Shown here: piece after piece, positions 48,662 through 56,783 of the stretch
Numbering within the stretch: position 1 is the first letter of the stretch
Layout of the letters: each line of letters begins with the position of its first letter
IMG/VR virus record: IMGVR_UViG_3300035492_000236
Length of the DNA stretch: 64,000 bases
DNA from: a virus
Taxonomy: Duplodnaviria; Caudoviricetes
Direction: 5' to 3' (one strand)
Program-made: the position numbers and the translations under genes
Notes under the pieces: model-generated
Database searches by the model: none
What the model saw: the letters and a program-made list of their open reading frames with translations, nothing else
What the model was told of the DNA's origin: nothing

Positions 48662-49849
48662 TTAGATAGTAGCGTGGTAGATCTGGCCGTTAATGATACT
48701 CAATGAATAGGCCGGTATCGGCAGGTCGCATTGTGCGGTGTTTAACACTACACGACACTCAGGGTTTGCTTTAATCCAGGTACTGATGAACTGGTCGAAG
48801 ATATTTTCATAACTACCCACTAAGTAGATAACCGACGGATCGCCATCGCGCGGTAGGGTCGTTGGGGTAACATCGACAACCGGCTTGGTGAAAAGGGCCC
48901 CCTTAGCCCCCAACTGCTCCACAAGCGGTTCGATCAACAGCATGCTACAACCGACAGCAATATCGATAGGGGACCACTCGATGTTTATTTTACCCACCGG
49001 GCGCCGCTTGACCTCCTCCTCAGCGCCATTGTCATAACCAAGATGCCGCCTGTTATAAGAGGCAAATGCGCCAGGTCGACCAAAGCGCTGCATCATCTGG
49101 TTAAAGCGCCGGTTGTTGTGTCGAGACGTTGGCTCCCGGAGGCGCTCGATCAACAGGTAGTAATCGTCAAGCGAGATGTCTCTTAACCCACCGATAGCAT
49201 GTATGATCCAGTGGTCAGGAAGCTGGTGAATGAGATCGTGTGGTAAGTTGGCCATCCCCACAATAGGTACTATGTCTTCAGGATGCGTGCCGACGGACCG
49301 CAATGCTGACACCAACACTTCGCTAGGGTGAGTGTGTTTCGCCAGACGCCACACAACCTTACCGTAGGTGTGATACAAACTGACCAGGGTGTCAACTGGC
49401 AGCTGACTGTCGCCATACAGCACCTTCAGATCCTCAGGCCAGTCCGCCTGCTCTGCTCCGCTGCGATTACCTACCTGCTCAAAGGCACTCACTGCCAGTC
49501 CTTTGTTAATGGCATGGTTAAGCGCAACGACATGGATGGTATCGCTACCGCCCAACGGCAGTGTGAATATTTCAGGCTCATCCAGCTCAGTAGTGATGAA
49601 ATCGATGATTGCTATCCGCAGTGCGGTATCGAGCTCACTGCCAACAGTAGATCCTTCGTTGATCCATTCTACTAATTCCAGAATGTTGGCTTCGTCGTCA
49701 AGACTGAGGTACTTACCGACCAGGTCAGCATCGATAGTGATCATGTCCCGGATTGAATAGCTATCAACCAGGAAGTTAATACGCACTTTGCCCATTGAGC
49801 AAGTTTTTTCTTTGAGGGCTTCGAGTACGGAAATGTGAAAGGTGTTCAT
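48662..49849 (-). CDS. Hypothetical protein
   Basis: Start MNTF after TGGAG; ~395 aa. Confidence 0.65.
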   Translation of the reverse strand: MNTFHISVLEALKEKTCSMGKVRINFLVDSYSIRDMITIDADLVGKYLSLDDEANILELVEWINEGSTVGSELDTALRIAIIDFITTELDEPEIFTLPLGGSDTIHVVALNHAINKGLAVSAFEQVGNRSGAEQADWPEDLKVLYGDSQLPVDTLVSLYHTYGKVVWRLAKHTHPSEVLVSALRSVGTHPEDIVPIVGMANLPHDLIHQLPDHWIIHAIGGLRDISLDDYYLLIERLREPTSRHNNRRFNQMMQRFGRPGAFASYNRRHLGYDNGAEEEVKRRPVGKINIEWSPIDIAVGCSMLLIEPLVEQLGAKGALFTKPVVDVTPTTLPRDGDPSVIYLVGSYENIFDQFISTWIKANPECRVVLNTAQCDLPIPAYSLSIINGQIYHATI

Positions 49850-49890
49850 GCTAAGCTCCATTATTGAAATATGCAAGTAGTGCCACTGTA

Positions 49891-50133
49891 TTAGGCAGAG
49901 AGTAATTCGTTATCGGTCTCGAGGTTGTGCAGGGCGTCATTCAACTGACCGATCAGTTTACTGCGACGGTGCCACTGAAGAGGACGACCGTCCAGGTGAC
50001 GCTCTACCGCCTCAACGATAGCATCGCGTTGTACTTTCAACGCCCCCACTGCGATGTAATGAGGGAACCTGTAGTACGCATTGAAAAAGCGCAGAGTTTG
50101 TTCGATTACAGTACGGTCAAATTCCTTCGACAT
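49891..50133 (-). CDS. Small hypothetical protein
   Basis: Start MSKEF after a TATCTTGGAG leader. Confidence 0.55.
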   Translation of the reverse strand: MSKEFDRTVIEQTLRFFNAYYRFPHYIAVGALKVQRDAIVEAVERHLDGRPLQWHRRSKLIGQLNDALHNLETDNELLSA

Positions 50134-50170
50134 GTCAAAACTCCAAGATACTAACAACACAAACAAAAGG

Positions 50171-50192
50171 TGGGGTGACCGAAGCCACCCCA
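50171..50192 (-). terminator. Hairpin with UUCG loop and U-tract
   Basis: TTGGGGTGGC-TTCG-GTCACCCCA followed by CCTTTTGTTT on the - strand. Confidence 0.65.
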
Positions 50193-50198
50193 AGTACA

Positions 50199-50798
50199 TT
50201 AGCCGTAAATAGCCTGACCTTCTTCCAGCAGACCGTAGGACCAGCTTTCCAGTCGGTCAGCGAACTGTGCCAGCAGCTCGTCACGGGTGAACCAACCTAG
50301 GATTTCGATTTGGTCTTCCTTCGCGGTAGCGGCTTCGTCGATGACGTCCATGATGGATAACGCACCAGCATGTACCTGGTCAGTTTCAGTGACCATGGAG
50401 ATGATGTACTTGTTGGTAACGCGCAGCCCTTCAGTCAGGCCCAGCGTCAGCTCCTCGCCCAGTTCGCGATGCGCGGCGTTCAAGGCGGTGGCTTCGAGAT
50501 CCAGGACGCTGTCGACATGCACACAGTCTTCCAGATCGACGTGACCGCCGAAACCGATAGACACCTGACCATGCAGGCGCGCTTCGCCGGCGCTGGTGGT
50601 TCTTGCATACGCCAGGAATTTCTGGTCGTGACGGATGATAGTGTAGCTGATCAGTTGGCGGTACGCGGTGTTGGTTTCCAGTCCTTCCCGTTGCATCAGC
50701 ACCAGGTCGTGATTGTCGACGGCGGCCTCTTCCAGGTGAAAACCCAGCATGTTGCGGAAGATGTTCGTGTCGATGGCGAGAATGTGTTGCGGTTTCAT
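50199..50798 (-). CDS. NUDIX hydrolase
   Basis: YAR..SAGEARLHGQVSIGFGGHVD and AAHRELGEEL (Nudix box). Confidence 0.8.
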   Translation of the reverse strand: MKPQHILAIDTNIFRNMLGFHLEEAAVDNHDLVLMQREGLETNTAYRQLISYTIIRHDQKFLAYARTTSAGEARLHGQVSIGFGGHVDLEDCVHVDSVLDLEATALNAAHRELGEELTLGLTEGLRVTNKYIISMVTETDQVHAGALSIMDVIDEAATAKEDQIEILGWFTRDELLAQFADRLESWSYGLLEEGQAIYG

Positions 50799-50807
50799 TT
50801 AGGTTCC

Positions 50808-51611
50808 TTAAACTTGTTCTACAGTAACGGCGGAGTTGGTAACGATGTAGTCTACCAGTTTACGAATCAGGCGTTCTGCCTGTTGTTCCACCCGCGCTTT
50901 GTTAGGCAGCGGGTAATAATCGAGTTTAAACCCATCGGTGCCGTTCAGGGTGTAATAGTAGCCACACCCACTGACCCGCAGTTCACCTCGATTGATATTA
51001 AACAGTTTCCCATCGGTGCTGAAGTTCACAGAGATCGTGACACCTTCACTCCGCAAAGTCAGCCCGTAATGGATAGAATGCGCGCCCACCGTCATCCGAT
51101 GACGGGCATCCACGACCGGATGACGGTCCAGGCAATCGATCAGTTCCTTGCTATTCCACACATCTTCACGAGCGATGGTGTCGTCGAACACGTGCTCGAG
51201 CTGCAACAACTGCTTTACCACCGGCTGCTCATCCTGCACCTGCTTGTCGTGAGTTTCCAGATAGTCGGCAAGTCGGCTGGTCTTCAGGCTAAACACCTCC
51301 ACCATTTCACGATTGCGCATGATGAAGTGCTCGTTATCCATCTCCAGTCGCAGTTCGATGTCGGGATGGATCACGATGCGAGCCACGTATTCTGGCCCTA
51401 GCAGTCCGGTAATGTAGCGACGACGTTCGTCGTCGGTTTTGTTTACCCACTCAGGCGGACCGCTACGGACAAATGCGTGCAGCACGGTATCGACTTGCAC
51501 CATCAGGATCGGAAACACGTCCGTGCCTTTGATGGGATAATCTGCCCGCAGGGTGATTTTTCGACCGCCGAGATTCACAACGATCGGTTTAGGCACAAAG
51601 GGCTTAGACAT
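50808..51611 (-). CDS. Hypothetical protein
   Basis: Start MSKPF after AGGA; ~267 aa. Confidence 0.6.
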   Translation of the reverse strand: MSKPFVPKPIVVNLGGRKITLRADYPIKGTDVFPILMVQVDTVLHAFVRSGPPEWVNKTDDERRRYITGLLGPEYVARIVIHPDIELRLEMDNEHFIMRNREMVEVFSLKTSRLADYLETHDKQVQDEQPVVKQLLQLEHVFDDTIAREDVWNSKELIDCLDRHPVVDARHRMTVGAHSIHYGLTLRSEGVTISVNFSTDGKLFNINRGELRVSGCGYYYTLNGTDGFKLDYYPLPNKARVEQQAERLIRKLVDYIVTNSAVTVEQV

Positions 51612-51930
51612 GACTTTCCTCCAGCTCCAGAAAATCCAGCGTTTCGAGTTCGGTGATGTCGCCAGCAGACCCGACCTCGTACGCATAAAGGCGACCATTC
51701 ATTTCAACCGCAGCACGGTCGGCGCGCTCAACGACGCGACCGACGCCAAACTTGGCTTTGGCCTTCTTGATGACCTTGACGTAAGTGGGGCCAGCAAACC
51801 CCTTCTTCGCAAGATCGTCCGTGTAAAGGAGGTGTAGGGTGTTGTTGAACACCAGGCCGTAGGCTGCACCACGTTCGGTCATCCAGCCGCTAACACGCTG
51901 ACCTTTATAATGAGTATTAAATTGTTGCAT
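51604..51930 (-). CDS. Hypothetical protein
   Basis: 108-aa ORF, AGGAG SD. Confidence 0.6.
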   Translation of the reverse strand: MQQFNTHYKGQRVSGWMTERGAAYGLVFNNTLHLLYTDDLAKKGFAGPTYVKVIKKAKAKFGVGRVVERADRAAVEMNGRLYAYEVGSAGDITELETLDFLELEESHV

Positions 51931-51942
51931 GGTTGCTCCTAA

Positions 51943-52803
51943 TTAATTCCAGGGGGTTCCGTCGGTCGCGAGGAAGACTTGGCTATCTCCCCGCGGCACG
52001 ACCAAATATGGGATGTTTTGTAACACACTGCTAATCCGACGTTTGGAAGCCTCGATGTCGGGCGTCAGCTGCTTGGTGTAGGGGTACGACATCAGCGGTA
52101 TCGTGCCATCTTGCTTGATGATGATACGAATGCCTTCCACTTCTGCCACCTGCCGCTCAAATTCAGAAGCGGACACCAGCCGGATGTTTTTGACTTCCGA
52201 CAGGATGGTGTTGGCAGCAGCCAAGCAATCTTCCTGATACTCACGACTGTCGAAGTCGTTAGAGCGCACACGGAGTCGGCGGTTGTGGGGAAGATGGTCC
52301 CAGGCCTGCCGATAACGTTCATGTACGGCTTTGAGGTATTCGCTACCACGCTGCTCGATCCGACAATCCTCCGCTCTCCCACGCAGTCGGGTCATGGCCA
52401 CCGTGAAATCGACGTCCAACCATACGGTATAGTCGGGTAAGCTCGCCACCGACTGATCTACTTCATCCATGGCGTGGTTCTGGTACGCGAAGGACGATGC
52501 CAGGTGTCGATCGCAAATCACCACCTTGTTTTGATCCAAGGCAGGCTTAATGACTTCCATCCACAGTTGGTGCCGGGCAGCCGACATCATCAAATACTCA
52601 GACAGTGGGTGGATGGTCTCCTTCACCGACGTGTCCTTAAGGTAACTGCGGATTTGCTCAGCCAGTGGCGTGCCACCAGGCTGGCGACACAGCACAACGT
52701 CGAGCCCTTGCTGTTTGAAGGTCTTCTCCAATCGCCAGCAGAATGTGGATTTACCGGCACCGTCGAACCCTTCGACTACCACAAACATCCCCTTCCGTTC
52801 CAT
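51943..52803 (-). CDS. tmk: Thymidylate kinase with ~80-aa C-terminal extension
   Basis: VVEGFDGAGKST P-loop, RQPGGTPLAEQIR, ICDRH..SS.AYQ, RIEQRG..Y...V...Y. Confidence 0.88.
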   Translation of the reverse strand: MERKGMFVVVEGFDGAGKSTFCWRLEKTFKQQGLDVVLCRQPGGTPLAEQIRSYLKDTSVKETIHPLSEYLMMSAARHQLWMEVIKPALDQNKVVICDRHLASSFAYQNHAMDEVDQSVASLPDYTVWLDVDFTVAMTRLRGRAEDCRIEQRGSEYLKAVHERYRQAWDHLPHNRRLRVRSNDFDSREYQEDCLAAANTILSEVKNIRLVSASEFERQVAEVEGIRIIIKQDGTIPLMSYPYTKQLTPDIEASKRRISSVLQNIPYLVVPRGDSQVFLATDGTPWN

Positions 52804-53204
52804 TATTCGCTCCTGTATGGTGACATACCCTTTGAAATTAACATGCTGTGTTGGGGCGGATTAACAGCGGTGTAGCCGCGCTCGCCTGGTGTGATGACGT
52901 CCACAGTACAGCAGGACACGTTAGCCAATAGCCAGTCGAACGTCAGTGGTTCGGTCGTGTTGAACAACTGACACATATACTGCATGCCTTCGACGATTGC
53001 GGCTTGTAGCGTCGCATCTTCACGTACTCGGTCCAAGAAGGTCAGCGATCCTGCGAAGTCCAACTGCCAGGACACATGACCAATGACGTAGACTGGCATG
53101 GACGACACCGACCCCAGACATGTAAACAGTTCGCGCCGTAAGTGTTCATCCACAGTGACCGTAAAACTCACCCCGACGCCTAATTTAAACACACACTTTA
53201 ACAT
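52803..53204 (-). CDS. Hypothetical protein
   Basis: Likely start MLKC; TAATG coupling to tmk. Confidence 0.5.
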   Translation of the reverse strand: MLKCVFKLGVGVSFTVTVDEHLRRELFTCLGSVSSMPVYVIGHVSWQLDFAGSLTFLDRVREDATLQAAIVEGMQYMCQLFNTTEPLTFDWLLANVSCCTVDVITPGERGYTAVNPPQHSMLISKGMSPYRSE

Positions 53205-53220
53205 AGGACTAGACTCCCGG

Positions 53221-53895
53221 TTATTTTTGATAGGTATTGAGGATTTCACACACATAGTTGGGGAGTCGTTTGAACGAACCCATCCGTTCAAACATCAAAT
53301 AGTGGGCTTCCAGTTCCCACGGTTTGGCCTTCATCTCAGCCATCATGAACCGAAGTGCAGGTATTGCATCAGGGTAAATGTCAGCATACTCCGCAAGCAG
53401 ACACTCGACCTCACTGGCCTTCATGGCCATTCGCATTTCTTGCCCCTTCCAAACGAAACGTCCGCCTAATACATCAATGAGGAAGTCGCTGCGTGCGATC
53501 TGGTCGATGTGGATGGATTCATGAAACATCACCGAGTCAAAATACGATGGGTCGTCTACTGAGTCAGCGAGAAAGTCGCTTGGGACCACAATGTGAGGGA
53601 CATTGCTCGCCACGTCAAGGGTGACGAATGCTGTAACTTGGTCCAAGATACAATCGATCTGGTAGTCCTTACAAAGCTCACGAAACGCAACACAGTCGAC
53701 GGTGGTCACGTTGCAGCGCTCCAGTCCATTGATGTCGTGCGGGCGACTAAGCAGATCATCCACATGGTGCGGTAAATTAATCGTTGCTAACGACCGGCGA
53801 CGGAAGTCGGCCAGCGACCCACGACTGTCAATGATCGCCAGCTGTTCGCGGGGGATGTCAGCACGCTGCATCGGGGTGGGGGTATAAATGTTCAT
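53221..53895 (-). CDS. Putative zinc metallopeptidase (HExxH)
   Basis: FHESIHIDQ...VWKG...KPWELEA pattern of phage metallopeptidases. Confidence 0.6.
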   Translation of the reverse strand: MNIYTPTPMQRADIPREQLAIIDSRGSLADFRRRSLATINLPHHVDDLLSRPHDINGLERCNVTTVDCVAFRELCKDYQIDCILDQVTAFVTLDVASNVPHIVVPSDFLADSVDDPSYFDSVMFHESIHIDQIARSDFLIDVLGGRFVWKGQEMRMAMKASEVECLLAEYADIYPDAIPALRFMMAEMKAKPWELEAHYLMFERMGSFKRLPNYVCEILNTYQK

Positions 53896-53921
53896 GATGG
53901 GATCTCCAAGATAAAGAAGGT

Positions 53922-53947
53922 GGTAGGTAGGGCGTCCCCTACCTACC
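53922..53947 (-). terminator. Intergenic hairpin
   Basis: GGTAGGTAGGG/CCCTACCTACC 11-bp stem, then CTTCTTTATCTTGGAG. Confidence 0.6.
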
Positions 53948-53953
53948 TATGTA

Positions 53954-54565
53954 TCATTGATAACGTTCTGCGTAGAATTCAGGGTTCAGACCGAAAACGC
54001 GCTCGCCTTTGTTGGTCATGCAAACCGGACCCTCGCAGCGATAGTATTCGGTCTGACCAATGGCATTGGCCATCGGTACCGCAAACATCAGGTCATCTAC
54101 GGAAACGTCCTGACCATTGTAAGTGCATTTAACGTCCGTACAATCGACGTCGTAGACGTCTTCACCGATGTACAGGTCGCTACTACCAAACTCGCGCAGG
54201 TAGTTCGTAACTTGCATCGCAGTGTACGGTCCGTATCCGTCCCAGAACGCCACGGTTTCCCCGTCGATAACCGACAATCGGTATTCGCCGGCGACCAAGT
54301 ACAGCCCGGCGGGTGCCCGTCCGAAGGTCTCATTGGAAGCGACCTGGACACAGTCAGTGTTCGGATCGCAGACGACCAGGCTGTTGGTCTCGTAATTAAA
54401 CTCACTTTTTCCCTTTTCCCCAAAGAACGAAATGGTTTTGACGAGAGGGTCGTTGATGTCAGTGCAATACGTCAGTCCTTGGCCGGGAATGCACGGATAC
54501 CACGTCGGGGCAACAGCCGCTACGGAACCGGAGAACGCCAGACAAACGAGTGCAAGTTGTTTCAT
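53954..54565 (-). CDS. Exported Cys-rich protein
   Basis: Signal peptide MKQLALVCLAFSGSVAA; mature part has repeated C-x(4-5)-C pairs. Confidence 0.65.
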   Translation of the reverse strand: MKQLALVCLAFSGSVAAVAPTWYPCIPGQGLTYCTDINDPLVKTISFFGEKGKSEFNYETNSLVVCDPNTDCVQVASNETFGRAPAGLYLVAGEYRLSVIDGETVAFWDGYGPYTAMQVTNYLREFGSSDLYIGEDVYDVDCTDVKCTYNGQDVSVDDLMFAVPMANAIGQTEYYRCEGPVCMTNKGERVFGLNPEFYAERYQ

Positions 54566-54577
54566 GTTAAGTCCTTA

Positions 54578-55408
54578 TTACAAAAGAGGGGTGACTAATT
54601 TAGAGAGGTCGGTTATTAACTGTTGCCGATGTTCAGAGCTGCGTGCCGTGTAGGGCGTCACACGACTACCATGCCATTGCAGGTTATCTTGTCGAGTACG
54701 AATACATCGCCAGTTCTCTTCCACCATAAGGTCCGGAAAGTATTGCTTAAGCAGGTCTTCCGGTCTGCCATGTCCCAGCTCTACCGGGTCGTGGAACGCA
54801 AGAGGCGTCCCTTCCAATCCGAGGCTATCAAGGGTACTGGTCAACATAGTGGGACCCACCACGTCCTCCTCCACGTCACGTAGTCGTTGTTCAGAGGTAA
54901 GGTTGCTGTCCCGAAACTCAAACAGCTCACTGAACAGCTCATGCAGGAAATGCTCGCCACTTACGGCGGCTTGACATACCGTACGTGGACCCACATGTGG
55001 CGTGGGGTCATTCATCAATGCTTGCAGCACACAGCGTGGAGTGATAATCTCCGGCGCATGTTCCGGGTAGATGTCGTAGGTGCTGCGACTGCGTCGGGTG
55101 GCACCTATGATCATCTCAATGGTGTTGTTGAAGGCAACCCAGCCACAAGCAGTATGTAGTAACTCACCACGTACCAAAAACCGACAGACGGTCCCATCGA
55201 CGACCAAGTGACGAAAGTAGATGCTCTCATGATTCGAGGTGACCGTTACTTCTCCGGTTTTAACGACCCTCAGCAGGCCTTTACATTGAATCTTGTTGGG
55301 GCGCTGTCCGCGACGGATCATGTCCCGAATCTGTTCGAGTCGCTCTTGATCGATTTCGTAATGGCGACGATATTGCGGTATGCGCTGGACGTTTTTGTAA
55401 AGTTCCAC
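54578..55408 (-). CDS. Hypothetical protein
   Basis: Likely GTG start (VELYKN) after GGGAG, downstream of a terminator hairpin. Confidence 0.55.
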   Translation of the reverse strand: MELYKNVQRIPQYRRHYEIDQERLEQIRDMIRRGQRPNKIQCKGLLRVVKTGEVTVTSNHESIYFRHLVVDGTVCRFLVRGELLHTACGWVAFNNTIEMIIGATRRSRSTYDIYPEHAPEIITPRCVLQALMNDPTPHVGPRTVCQAAVSGEHFLHELFSELFEFRDSNLTSEQRLRDVEEDVVGPTMLTSTLDSLGLEGTPLAFHDPVELGHGRPEDLLKQYFPDLMVEENWRCIRTRQDNLQWHGSRVTPYTARSSEHRQQLITDLSKLVTPLL

Positions 55409-55426
55409 CTGTAAACTCCCATCGAT

Positions 55427-55451
55427 AAAAAAAGAGGAGCCGAAGCTCCTC
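55427..55451 (-). terminator. Intrinsic terminator
   Basis: GAGGAGC-TTCG-GCTCCTC followed by T7 on the - strand. Confidence 0.75.
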
Positions 55452-55472
55452 GTTAACATGACTATTGCCGCA

Positions 55473-55847
55473 TCATTGGAAATGCGGATTGAACACGATA
55501 TCAACGATTTTGCCGTTCTCACGAACAATGTTGGACTTCATACGTCCAGCGGAAAACCGAGCGCTGGAGAAAATGCCCAGCGTGGCATGCAGACATGCGC
55601 GACTCAGACAGCTGAAGTCGCCCTTACGCACCAGCCCGTTGATGCTGTAAACTGTCTGCCCGAAGTGGATCGTGTGTGACCACTCGACGACAGGCACATC
55701 GTCCAGCCAGCGCATTTCGTTGTTAATGCAACGGCCACGACTGGAAGAGTAGCCAAGTTTTTGGTAGCGGTCCAGTAGGGCTTCCTTACGAGCAACCAGC
55801 TTGCGACCGTTGGACCATTTCATCTTTACTTTGAGGGAATTAAACAT
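55473..55847 (-). CDS. Hypothetical basic protein
   Basis: Start MFNSL after a TATCTTGGAG leader. Confidence 0.55.
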   Translation of the reverse strand: MFNSLKVKMKWSNGRKLVARKEALLDRYQKLGYSSSRGRCINNEMRWLDDVPVVEWSHTIHFGQTVYSINGLVRKGDFSCLSRACLHATLGIFSSARFSAGRMKSNIVRENGKIVDIVFNPHFQ

Positions 55848-55914
55848 AACGGTATCTCCAAGATAGTGCACGGTATTGTGCAGATGAATCGCATTTTGTA
55901 TGCTGATTCACTAG

Positions 55915-55935
55915 GATGATATATATCTGAGATTA
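55915..55935 (-). promoter_or_regulatory. AT-rich promoter-like motif (TAATCTCAGATATATATCATC)
   Basis: Best copy of the recurring motif; core GATATATATC is palindromic. Confidence 0.55.
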
Positions 55936-56136
55936 TTTTAATTCCAAGAACGCGTGCACCTCGTAACTGACCACCCATGCAACCATAGCGACCAGCCCAA
56001 CTGTACCCCATTTCATTGCACGCATGTCGGACATTGACAGCGCACGCCGACCAACAACGGCAGACAACCAAATGGTGCCGTTAATACCCACCAGTCCGAT
56101 CGCAGCCATCGCTAATACAAACAGAATGTTTTCCAT
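55933..56136 (-). CDS. Small membrane protein (2 TM)
   Basis: 67 aa, two hydrophobic stretches, GGAG SD. Confidence 0.6.
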   Translation of the reverse strand: MENILFVLAMAAIGLVGINGTIWLSAVVGRRALSMSDMRAMKWGTVGLVAMVAWVVSYEVHAFLELK

Positions 56137-56153
56137 AGGAACTCTCCAACAGT

Positions 56154-56192
56154 AAATAAAAAAAGGACGGTGGAGGGGACAACCCCTCCACC
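56154..56192 (-). terminator. Intrinsic terminator
   Basis: GGTGGAGGGG/CCCCTCCACC stem followed by TTTTTTTATTT on the - strand. Confidence 0.75.
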
Positions 56193-56272
56193 TGTTAACG
56201 CTGTGCGAAGTAATCTAAGAAGCCGCCTTCCGGCAGTACATAACTGACTGATTCGTCAGTCGCGATCTGATC

Positions 56273-56590
56273 CTAGTAGAACTCACAAGCACGTCGGTAT
56301 TTGAAGAACTCACCAGTTTGCAATTCTTCATTGACCTTATCACGCAGTCGACCGATGGCATCATGGACACTGAGTCCATCAAGTATCATCGGGTACCAGT
56401 GACATGTGCCCAATGTACGGCACAAGCGGTCGTGTTCGACATTACCCCCACCAAAGCCATCGATGATGTTCATTGCACACATTGAATCGTACGACAAGAA
56501 AGCGGTGTATCCACCACCATATCACATTTTCGACACATGCAAGGTCATACCCTGCTCATCGAGCAGCACGTCAAAAGGTTGTTTTTCCAT
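56273..56590 (-). pseudogene. 105-codon reading frame interrupted by one in-frame TGA (56522-56524)
   Basis: ATG at 56590 overlaps the upstream TAA (TAATG); reads MEKQPFDVLLDEQGMTLHVSKM*YGGGYTAFLSYDSM... continuing in frame into the 74-aa ORF. Confidence 0.6.
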
Positions 56591-56781
56591 TACACTTTCC
56601 TCAAGTTGATGGGTGGGGTGGCTGGGAGGTTGATGCGCTGGCCACGGGGGCCGTCGGGCAGCTTGGTGATGTCTGAAAGTGCTTTCGTGAACTGAAGTAG
56701 GTCAAGCGTCTTAACCTTGTGTACTTGACCCGCGATGCGGAGTTGGACATAATCCGGTCCTTTATATAAAAGTTCAAACAT
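56590..56781 (-). CDS. Small hypothetical protein
   Basis: 63-aa ORF directly downstream of the 658-aa gene. Confidence 0.55.
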   Translation of the reverse strand: MFELLYKGPDYVQLRIAGQVHKVKTLDLLQFTKALSDITKLPDGPRGQRINLPATPPINLRKV

Positions 56782-56783
56782 AG

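Noticed and set aside
50370-51401. 343-aa + strand ORF
   Set aside because: Shadow of two well-supported - strand genes (NUDIX and its neighbour).
56200-56272. Structured spacer with a GACTGA-TTCG-TCAGTC hairpin as tRNA or ncRNA
   Set aside because: No cloverleaf or T/D-loop consensus; short stems only; no second copy to support it.
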